The notes beneath the pieces were generated by a model, which was not told where the DNA came from, did not search any database, and worked only from the letters and a program-made list of their open reading frames with translations. A stretch of 64,000 nt of DNA from an uncultured Candidatus Saccharibacteria bacterium (lineage in GTDB: Bacteria > Patescibacteriota > Dojkabacteria > J137). Location: positions 288,585-352,584 of the forward strand of contig CAZSKK010000002.1 of NCBI GenBank assembly GCA_964607415.1, in the 5' to 3' direction. The first letter of the stretch is position 1. Every line of letters begins with the position of its first letter. Below, piece after piece: positions 9,846 to 17,198 of the stretch. The translations under genes were made by a program, and so were the position numbers.

Positions 9846-9915
9846 TTTAGGATTTCTAGCTATTGCTCTAACGCTCTTTTACTCCCTACCTCTTCACCTC
9901 TAAACCTCTATCGCT
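9846..9915 (-). repeat. GC-rich dispersed repeat (GAGAGG/ATAGAGGTTTAGAG family), minus orientation
   Basis: Reverse complement reads ggcgagcgatagaggtttagaggtgaagaggtagggag; shares ATAGAGGTTTAGAG with 16583-16597. Confidence 0.4.
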
Positions 9916-9918
9916 CGC

Positions 9919-10602
9919 CTAATCTCTGTTTTTTCCTTGAATTAACATTAAAAAATAAAGAATTTGCCCTAATGATTGAACTAATGCCGCTACGTAAGTT
10001 AGTGCTGCAGCAAATAAAACTAATCTTGCCCCACTTAACTTTCCGTTTGCAATTAAGTTATGTTTCTTTATCAAATTTAACCCTCTTCTCGAAGCATCAA
10101 ATTCTATTGGTAAAGTTATTAATGAGAATAATGCAGTCAAAGAAAAGAATGCAAGTCCAAGCCAAGCCAAGCCTGTTATTGAGAATATTAGTCCAATAAT
10201 GATTAAAATGTAACCTAAGTTTGATCCAATATTAACAGCAGGTACCATTCCAGTTCTTATTTTCATCAAAGAACTAGCCTTATATTTTTGCTCTACATGG
10301 CCAAATTCGTGAGCCACTACCGCAATATTGGCAACGCTCCCTTTAACCTGATTATCTTCAGAGAGATTCACTTTGTTTGCGAGTGGATTAAAAAAATCAT
10401 TTAATTTTCCTGGTTGCAATACTATATCAACACCAAAGCCTTCTTTTTCGTTAATGATGTTAGCTGCGTCAAGACCGGTAATACTACTCCCAGCTGAGTC
10501 CCCAGAATAGATAGAGTAAAAAAGCCAGACTAAAAGTTGAGCACCCAAAGCTAAAATTAGCCCTGGCAATGCAAATACAAAATATAGCGGATCTAGGTAC
10601 AT
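9919..10602 (-). CDS. YugP-like membrane zinc metallopeptidase (Zn_peptidase_2)
   Basis: HEFGH zinc-binding motif, flanking TM helices, 227 aa. Confidence 0.75.
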   Translation of the reverse strand: MYLDPLYFVFALPGLILALGAQLLVWLFYSIYSGDSAGSSITGLDAANIINEKEGFGVDIVLQPGKLNDFFNPLANKVNLSEDNQVKGSVANIAVVAHEFGHVEQKYKASSLMKIRTGMVPAVNIGSNLGYILIIIGLIFSITGLAWLGLAFFSLTALFSLITLPIEFDASRRGLNLIKKHNLIANGKLSGARLVLFAAALTYVAALVQSLGQILYFLMLIQGKNRD

Positions 10603-10691
10603 AAAAAGTTGAAAAGTTAAAAAATATTAACGTTGTAGCGTTCAAACCTTAAAACAATACTGGCGCTATCTAAATTATATCACGGAAGTTT

Positions 10692-12020
10692 TTATACACT
10701 GGTTAGCGTTGGCTTAGGCTCTTCTCCACCCGCAGTTTCCTTTTTAAATACTCCAACAAGCCATTTGTGGCTACGCTGGGTATGGTCTAGCTTTACAAGC
10801 TTAAGTCCAGCAGACTCTGCTCTTTTTGTGAGTTCTTCAGCAGTAAATAGATGATAAAATCTTTCAAGACCGCCTTGATCTGTGTAAGGTTTAATTTCTT
10901 TTTCTAAAATTTCACCTTCACCTTCTCTAACGATAGCATATAGAATTCCGCCTTCTACAAGAGCATTCGAAAGCTTTTTAAAAACTTTGTCCAGGTCACC
11001 TTCATGGATGTGATGCAAAGAATCTCTGGCCCAAATTCCCTTATATTGACTTACACCAATATCGTAATTAACTATATCAGCATTAATAAATTCAGCCTCA
11101 GGGCAATCATAACATGCAATTTCATAAAAGCTTTTAGAGGGTTCAATTCCTGTAACTGAATATTTTTTGGATAAATAAGAAGAATCATGACCCGGTCCAG
11201 AACCTACATCTAATATTCTAGCCGGAGGATTTACCATTGTAATAAACTCGTCTAATTGTTCCTGAGCAACAAGTTTACCAACGTTTTGCGCATGATAACT
11301 TTTTGCAAATTGTTCATAAGCTTTTGTTGTCGCTTTTGTTTTGGCCGATATAACAAAAGCAGCTTCGTCTCCTTTTACAACTTTAAGATGAATACTTTTT
11401 AGCTTAGCTTCATGTAGTCTGATCAGATCTAAAACCTCTTGCGGACTTCTTGCGTTATATAAAACTGAAAGCTCTACTTCGTCAATGTACATTGATTTTT
11501 GAACACCAATAATTAAATCATCCCAAAACTCACCGTATAGAATTACAGGTTTATGCGCTCCGTAATATAACTTTGCCAAAGCCCATACCATGCCGAATTC
11601 AGAAATTGTTCCCGTTCCACCTTTGCAAACAACATATGCTTGGCCCTTTTCGATAAGTCCTAAAGTTCTGATCATGTAATTTGAATATGCTTCGCTTTCA
11701 TCAACAATATTTGAAAGATTCTTGCCTTCAAAAACGGATGCCAGACGTGGTTCCCAATAAACTGCGATAGTCTTACCATTTACAGCTTTTGCTCCATCAG
11801 TAGCTGCTTTCATTATTCCTGGCCCACCACCATTAACAATTGTATAGCCATTTTGCGCAAGCAATTTGGAGGCTTCAAATACAGAATTGTAAATAGGATC
11901 ACCTTCAGGTATTGCGGAATCTCCAAAAAATGTAATATTATTAATAAATCTGTCTGACTGACTCACTTGTTCTTGAATTAGATCAGCTGGTCTTTTGGGC
12001 AGTTTTACTTCTGTTGGCAT
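10692..12020 (-). CDS. Fusion protein: LOG-family (TIGR00730) nucleotide phosphoribohydrolase domain plus C-terminal class I SAM-dependent methyltransferase domain
   Basis: N-terminal half has GGGPGIMKAATDGA and KGGTGTISEF LOG motifs; C-terminal half has ILDVGSGPGHDS (SAM motif I). Start placed at ATG 12018-12020 (MPTEVKL...); the 21-codon extension to 12083 overlaps a conserved leader hairpin. Confidence 0.7.
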   Translation of the reverse strand: MPTEVKLPKRPADLIQEQVSQSDRFINNITFFGDSAIPEGDPIYNSVFEASKLLAQNGYTIVNGGGPGIMKAATDGAKAVNGKTIAVYWEPRLASVFEGKNLSNIVDESEAYSNYMIRTLGLIEKGQAYVVCKGGTGTISEFGMVWALAKLYYGAHKPVILYGEFWDDLIIGVQKSMYIDEVELSVLYNARSPQEVLDLIRLHEAKLKSIHLKVVKGDEAAFVISAKTKATTKAYEQFAKSYHAQNVGKLVAQEQLDEFITMVNPPARILDVGSGPGHDSSYLSKKYSVTGIEPSKSFYEIACYDCPEAEFINADIVNYDIGVSQYKGIWARDSLHHIHEGDLDKVFKKLSNALVEGGILYAIVREGEGEILEKEIKPYTDQGGLERFYHLFTAEELTKRAESAGLKLVKLDHTQRSHKWLVGVFKKETAGGEEPKPTLTSV

Positions 12021-12075
12021 ATATAAAAAAGCATTTATACATCTAACTTCGAATGCAGCTAACTTAGCTCCACTC

Positions 12076-12119
12076 GACAACACAATGTGTTGTCTCAGGA
12101 TGAGGTGATTTAAATAAAG
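12076..12119 (-). promoter_or_regulatory. Leader element (hairpin GACAACACAATGTGTTGTC plus GGATGAGGTGATTTAAATAAAG), paralogous to the rpsL and rpsG leaders
   Basis: The block (G)GATGAGGTRATTTAAAT is shared with 23727-23756 and 24338-24364, each time preceded by a strong hairpin. Confidence 0.35.
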
Positions 12120-12165
12120 TTTTAAGTATTTAGTTAATGCTTCAAGCTCAACCTCTCACCTTACT

Positions 12166-12184
12166 CCTCTCCCAAAGGGAGAGG
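12166..12184. repeat. GGAGAGG-family hairpin CCTCTCCC-AAA-GGGAGAGG
   Basis: 8-bp GC stem directly downstream of the rpe-like gene stop. Confidence 0.4.
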
Positions 12185-12212
12185 AAATTAAGTTCGTTCT
12201 CTTCATTAATCT

Positions 12213-12860
12213 TTATCCATTCAAAGCCTTATTCAATAATTCGTAGTCTTTTTCAAAGTTCTCTGATTTACTAAAAAAAGAACCCACACTTACTCTATCA
12301 ATTGAGTATTTTTTAATCAAGTCTGCTGTACTTAAATTAACACCACCATCAATGCTTATTTTCCCTTTGTAACCCATCTTTTTAAGCTCCTCTACCCTAC
12401 TCATAATTTCAACTTTAAATGAACTCCCTTGGGCACCAGTTTTAATAGTCATAAGTTGAATCTCTGAAAAGTTTTTGTAAAAGTTTATATCCAAAAGTTT
12501 AGACTCGGCCTTTACTGCCAACCCTCGTTTTTCAAACATTAAATAATCTCCTATCTCACCTAAAATAGTTTCCTGATGGACAAAAACTCTATTAACAAAT
12601 GCAAAATTATTTATAAGCGCTATTTGCTCTGAAGGAAAATCTACCATTAGGTGCAGATTAAACTTTGTTGTATTTGCTTCTTCGCTACTTAAAATTAATT
12701 GGATCACATCATCTAGGTGTACAGTTATTCTTCCGCCAAAGTTGTCATTTTCAATGTTTATATCGATGTCAATAAGATTCACTACCCTAGCGTATTGTTC
12801 AAGTTGGGCTTGAAAGGTCGAAAGATCGCTTGTAAGTATTGCGGGCGTTATTTTTATCAT
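12213..12860 (-). CDS. divergent ribulose-phosphate 3-epimerase-family TIM-barrel protein
   Basis: MIKITPAILTSD (compare Rpe IAPSILSADF), HLDxxD-like segment, KTGAQGSSF and ISIDGGVN matching Rpe phosphate-binding motifs. Confidence 0.5.
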   Translation of the reverse strand: MIKITPAILTSDLSTFQAQLEQYARVVNLIDIDINIENDNFGGRITVHLDDVIQLILSSEEANTTKFNLHLMVDFPSEQIALINNFAFVNRVFVHQETILGEIGDYLMFEKRGLAVKAESKLLDINFYKNFSEIQLMTIKTGAQGSSFKVEIMSRVEELKKMGYKGKISIDGGVNLSTADLIKKYSIDRVSVGSFFSKSENFEKDYELLNKALNG

Positions 12861-13258
12861 GATACATATAGAATACAGAAATGTTGCAAGATTAACAAGT
12901 GTAACGATTTTTCATTGCTAGAAAAGCATTATCGCAAATATTTTTCAATATCTCTTTTTTATAAATTTTTACGTGAAACATTTTAAAGATTTACTGATGT
13001 TTTTCGTGTGAAATTATCCTTTGCGGTTCAAAGCTAATCAGAATTTTGCACTACTATTACTGCACTTATAACTATTTTATTAATATAGAAGCCATAAAGT
13101 AGCAGCAATCCCTGCATAACATATACTCAGCAATTTCATTGGTAGTAAAAGCTTTCTACGTATCAGCATTTGTGCTCACCCTATAGTTAAGACCTGCTTT
13201 TACTTTGCAGGAAATAGTTTTGAGGCGCTGTTTTGAATAGAGTAGTGTAGCTTGAATA

Positions 13259-13287
13259 TTGACATTTCATCTCATTATTTCTAAACT
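13259..13287 (+). promoter_or_regulatory. putative sigma-70 promoter for hup (TTGACA-17-TAAACT)
   Basis: TTGACA at 13259-13264, 17-nt spacer, TAAACT at 13282-13287, about 85 nt upstream of the HU start in a 500-bp AT-rich leader. Confidence 0.3.
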
Positions 13288-13373
13288 TATCTCAGCAATA
13301 AAACCTAATGTAAGTCATTTTATTACAAAGGTTTTTAGAGCATAATTATTTTTATTTATTATTTTTATTCATA

Positions 13374-13646
13374 ATGAATAAAGCAACTCTTGTTAACTAT
13401 ATTGCTAACAAAACAGGCATGACAAAAAAAGATGTTAATGCTAGTTTAGATGCAATGGTAGATGCTGTTGTTTCTACAGTTTCTAAAGGTGATTCTGTTA
13501 CATTAACAGGTTTCGGAACTTTCTTATCTGTTCACAGACAAGCTACAACAAAGAGAAATCCTAAGACTGGAGCTGCTGTTTCAGTAAAAGCAAAGAACGT
13601 TCCAAAATTCAGAGCAGGAAAAGCATTCAGAGAAGCTGTTGCATAA
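13374..13646 (+). CDS. hup: DNA-binding protein HU
   Basis: 90 aa, MNKATLVNYIANKTGMTKKDV...GFGTF...RNPKTG; full HU/IHF signature. Confidence 0.9.
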   Translation: MNKATLVNYIANKTGMTKKDVNASLDAMVDAVVSTVSKGDSVTLTGFGTFLSVHRQATTKRNPKTGAAVSVKAKNVPKFRAGKAFREAVA

Positions 13647-13673
13647 TACTGTTTCTTTACAAAGAACTTAAAA

Positions 13674-13706
13674 CCCCTTGGGAGAAATCCCTAGGGGTTT
13701 TTGTTT
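13674..13706 (+). terminator. rho-independent terminator of hup
   Basis: CCCCTTGGGA-GAAA-TCCCTAGGGG stem followed by TTTTTGTTTT. Confidence 0.6.
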
Positions 13707-13752
13707 TAATAATTATCAAACTTACCTGTTTGCCTTCAGTTTATATTGAAGG

Positions 13753-15459
13753 TCATTGAGCTAATCGTATATCCTTGACTTTAAATACAATTTTTTTATT
13801 ACCATTCCATCGATCAATTTCAGGAAAACCAGCTACATCTACATTTGGAAGGGTAGAGGAGTTCAAATTAAATCCAAAATCAGATTTTAATCTTTCAACA
13901 GAATTAAAAGCTATAAATTCCATAAACCTTTGACTAGATGAAGCAACAAATTTAACATGATTTTTTTCTCTTCCAATAATATTTATGTATCCTGGAGCAA
14001 TATTTTTTAATGCCAATACAGGTCTAAGATTTCCTTGTCCAAAAGGCGCAAACTTATGCAACAATTCAACCAGTTCGAAATCAAGATTTTCAATGTTTGC
14101 TATTGCATCTATGGCCATGTTTTTTTCAAAGTCTGAAGTTGTAATGTTTTCGTTGGCGTGAGATAAAAGAGCAGAGTAGAGGTCTAATTCTGAGTTCTCA
14201 TCCAGCCCAAAGCCTGCAGCCTGTGCATGACCACCATGTCTTGAAAGATACTTATCTGCAAATCTTAAAGCTTCAACGATGTTGTAGTCAGCAATGCTTC
14301 TTGCAGATCCTTTAATAAAACCATTTGATTTTGAACCTACGAGTACAGGGCGTAGATATTTTTCTGTTAATCTACCTGCTATTAGTCCTAAAATACCTTC
14401 TGGCCAGTCTTCTCCAACTATAAAATAAATTTTTTGGTTGGGGTCCAGTTCAGCAATCTTTTTTTCTGCAAGTTCAACATATTGCTTTGTTAGGTCCTGC
14501 CGTTGTAAATTTAGTTGGTTAAGTTTCTCGGCAAGTTTTTTTGCACTTACTCTGGAATTTGTTGAAAGTAATCGTACAGCATCCATAGCATGCCCTAATC
14601 TACCAGATGCGTTTAAACGGGGTCCGATTGCAAAACCGATGTGATACTCATTCAGATCATCTTGATTAATTCCAGCGATTTTTATGAGCTCCTGAAGCCC
14701 TACATTTGAGGTTTCTTTTAATCGTTTTAACCCAAGCTTTACAATAGTACGATTTTCATCAATTAACGGCATAATATCGCAAACTGTTCCAAGGCTTGCC
14801 AGATCGATATATTCTAGCATATCAAATCCAGCTTTTAGATATTCATTTAATGCAGTGCAAACTTTCCAAGATACAACAGCACCACAAATCTCAGTAAAAG
14901 GATATTCCCCCGAAAGTTTTGGATGTACTACAGCCAAAGCATCTTTTGAAATACAATAATCACCAACTTTTTTTGAGCCTGGCAAATTTTCATTAGAAGA
15001 AAACGATTTTATTGTATGGTGATCTGTAATGACAAATTCTAACTTGTCTTTATATTCATTTACTAAATCTATGTCCTTAACGCCACAATCAACAGTAATT
15101 ACAAACTCGCCTCCTTGGGCAATAATTGCGTCCAAAGACTCCCTTGATAGGCCATAACCTTCATCAAACCTACTGGGAATATATGGCTTTACATCAGCAT
15201 TAAGCTTTCTAAATAAGAAATCCCACATTATTGTTGTTGCACTAATTCCGTCCACATCAAAATCACCATGAATAAAAATTTTCTTTTTATTCTCAATTGC
15301 ATTTGAAATTGCTTTCACAGCCTTTTGCATATCGTAAATTAAAAAAGGATCGTGAAGGGTAGTAGTATAGTCAAGAAAGTTTTCTTTGGAAAGATTTCTT
15401 GATCTCAAAAGCCATTCAACTACATCTTCTGTATCTTGATTTGGAAAAAGCCACTTCAT
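13753..15459 (-). CDS. recJ: single-stranded-DNA-specific exonuclease RecJ
   Basis: DHH motifs (IHGDFDVDGISAT, VITDHH), DHHA1 domain, C-terminal OB fold; 568 aa. Confidence 0.85.
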   Translation of the reverse strand: MKWLFPNQDTEDVVEWLLRSRNLSKENFLDYTTTLHDPFLIYDMQKAVKAISNAIENKKKIFIHGDFDVDGISATTIMWDFLFRKLNADVKPYIPSRFDEGYGLSRESLDAIIAQGGEFVITVDCGVKDIDLVNEYKDKLEFVITDHHTIKSFSSNENLPGSKKVGDYCISKDALAVVHPKLSGEYPFTEICGAVVSWKVCTALNEYLKAGFDMLEYIDLASLGTVCDIMPLIDENRTIVKLGLKRLKETSNVGLQELIKIAGINQDDLNEYHIGFAIGPRLNASGRLGHAMDAVRLLSTNSRVSAKKLAEKLNQLNLQRQDLTKQYVELAEKKIAELDPNQKIYFIVGEDWPEGILGLIAGRLTEKYLRPVLVGSKSNGFIKGSARSIADYNIVEALRFADKYLSRHGGHAQAAGFGLDENSELDLYSALLSHANENITTSDFEKNMAIDAIANIENLDFELVELLHKFAPFGQGNLRPVLALKNIAPGYINIIGREKNHVKFVASSSQRFMEFIAFNSVERLKSDFGFNLNSSTLPNVDVAGFPEIDRWNGNKKIVFKVKDIRLAQ

Positions 15460-15494
15460 AAAAAGAATAGCGAATAATGATTAAAGAATGACGA

Positions 15495-15625
15495 ATTAAA
15501 TTCGAAATCGTAAATCCGAAATTCTAAACAAATTTTAAATTAGAAATTTTTAAATCACAAAAGTTTTTGTTATTTGGGATTTATTTCGAATTTAGATATT
15601 CGTATTTCGGATTTTTCAGGTTGGG
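15495..15625. repeat. AT-rich intergenic element with long imperfect inverted repeats (AAATTCGAAAT / AAATCCGAAAT arms); left arm paralogous to 32095-32170
   Basis: gaattaaattcgaaatcgtaaatccgaaattctaaa versus atttcgaatttagatattcgtatttcggattt on the other side; a near-copy lies upstream of rpoB. Confidence 0.4.
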
Positions 15626-15696
15626 GTTATTAATATTAACATGAAAAATAATCGTAGCAAGGTTTTAAAGTTATAACGTTTTAAAATTGAAACTTT

Positions 15697-16290
15697 TCAG
15701 CGCTCATCTTCCTTATTTAGCCACTTTACAAATTTTTTAAATCCAAAAAATAATGCAAAGATTCCAAAAATTCCACCAACAATTCCACCAACAATTATAA
15801 TTACAAGCCTCATTGTTTTTGCACTTTTATATTCGTCTGTCAAGGGAAGTATCTCCCCTGACGAGTTTGTAGCAAAATTTTTTCTAACAGTTACAACATA
15901 AATTCCATCAGCTTTGTATGCTTCTACCTTTCCTATCAATTCGTTAACACCTGCATTTACTGGTTTGACAATAATTGGAATGCTGTAGTCTTTACCTGCT
16001 TCTATAACTGCACTTCTTGAAGTTAAAGATGAGTCTGGAAAATTACTAGGGCCTGTTAATGTCCAAGTAATTTTTACTCTATCTGAATCAATTCCTGATT
16101 TTAGATTCATTTCAAATTTAATTTCTTTACTCCATGGGCTTTGAGTACCTTGAATAAATTCAGCCCGTAAGCCTGGAACGTCCTCAACAACTGCAGGCTT
16201 ATCTTCAGTTTGAAGTTCAGATTCTGTTTGAGCTGAAACAGATAAAGGTAAGCTAATAGCTAATAGCAAATAGCTAACAATCAATGTCAT
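15697..16290 (-). CDS. hypothetical secreted/membrane-anchored protein (signal peptide plus C-terminal TM helix)
   Basis: Start placed at MTLIVSYLLLAISLPLSVSAQ (signal peptide); the upstream 24 codons overlap TATAGCG tandem repeats; C-terminal Gly-rich TM helix and KKFVKW stop-transfer. Confidence 0.45.
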   Translation of the reverse strand: MTLIVSYLLLAISLPLSVSAQTESELQTEDKPAVVEDVPGLRAEFIQGTQSPWSKEIKFEMNLKSGIDSDRVKITWTLTGPSNFPDSSLTSRSAVIEAGKDYSIPIIVKPVNAGVNELIGKVEAYKADGIYVVTVRKNFATNSSGEILPLTDEYKSAKTMRLVIIIVGGIVGGIFGIFALFFGFKKFVKWLNKEDER

Positions 16291-16539
16291 ATTGCGTATA
16301 GCGTAAACCGTATAGCGAATAGGCGACATTTCTTTTCTACTTAATTCTCGTTTCATACTCATAGTTCTTAATATTTCAGTTTATCAGAAGTTTGCATAAG
16401 TAAACAGTCTATAGTAATCAAACTTGCTAACTGTACAGCAAAATTGACGTGAAATGTTTTTAAGCTTATAATTCAATAAATACACAACTATGGTTCGCTA
16501 TTCGCTTTGCGAATGATCGCCATAAACTTCGGATTACGT

Positions 16540-16740
16540 CACTGAAGGAGTAGAGAGAAGAAGCTTAAGAGGTAAAAAGCAATAGAGGTTTAGAGCAAGC
16601 TCTTGGCCTGATTGGCTCTTAAGCTGTAGACCTTTCCGGGTATGCCCGTAATAGCAGCAAATTAAGTGTCCTGAACTTCTCAGGAAATAAGGGTGGTAAC
16701 GCCGGAACCTTCGGTCCCTACAACAATTTCAAATTTATAA
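16540..16740. other. GC-rich hairpin-dense intergenic block (repeat-family members plus possible structured RNA)
   Basis: GC-rich in an AT-rich genome; hairpins CGGGTATGCCCG, CCTGAACTTCTCAGG, TTCCGG/CCGGAA pairing; contains the ATAGAGGTTTAGAG repeat; weak and incomplete resemblance to RNase P P4/GGTAACGCC motifs. Confidence 0.3.
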
Positions 16741-16756
16741 TTATTAATTTCTAAAC

Positions 16757-17098
16757 TTGAATTACGACTTGGAAGATCGTACAAAAAAATTTTCAATTGA
16801 AGTAATCTGGCTTTGTAAATCGTTAAAAATTGACTTACATAATGAAAATATAGTTAAGCAGCTACTAAAATCGTCTACTTCTGTAGGTGCAAATTATCGT
16901 GAAGCTAATGGCGCTAGCTCAAAAAATGATTTTAGAAACAAAATTCATATCTGTAGAAAAGAAATACAAGAGACAGAGTATTGGTTGGATTTACTTAACG
17001 AAGCAACCGATAATTTAAGTCTTAAAGAATTAAAACAAGAATCTCATGAATTAAAATTAATTTTCAGTAAAATATCTAGTAAACTAAAGAAAGATTAA
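16757..17098 (+). CDS. four-helix-bundle protein (TIGR02436, 23S rRNA intervening-sequence protein family)
   Basis: 113 aa; VGANYREANGASSKNDFRNKIHICRKEIQETEYWL signature of the family. Confidence 0.75.
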   Translation: MNYDLEDRTKKFSIEVIWLCKSLKIDLHNENIVKQLLKSSTSVGANYREANGASSKNDFRNKIHICRKEIQETEYWLDLLNEATDNLSLKELKQESHELKLIFSKISSKLKKD

Positions 17099-17198
17099 GC
17101 CTTGTTATGAATTTGTATTTAAAAATTAAACATTGTTTAGAAATTGCAAATTAGAAATTAAAAATTTTTACGAACGTATTACACATTACCTATAACAT

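Noticed and set aside
15460-15700. CRISPR-like array because of recurring AAATTCGAAAT / AAATCCGAAAT units
   Set aside because: Units are in inverted rather than direct orientation, irregularly spaced and very AT-rich; no cas genes anywhere in the window.
16540-16740. Possible RNase P RNA (rnpB) because of TTCCGGG / GGTAACGCC / CCGGAA motifs
   Set aside because: Only ~55 nt separate the putative P4 strands and the element is ~200 nt; most universally conserved RNase P regions cannot be placed on either strand.
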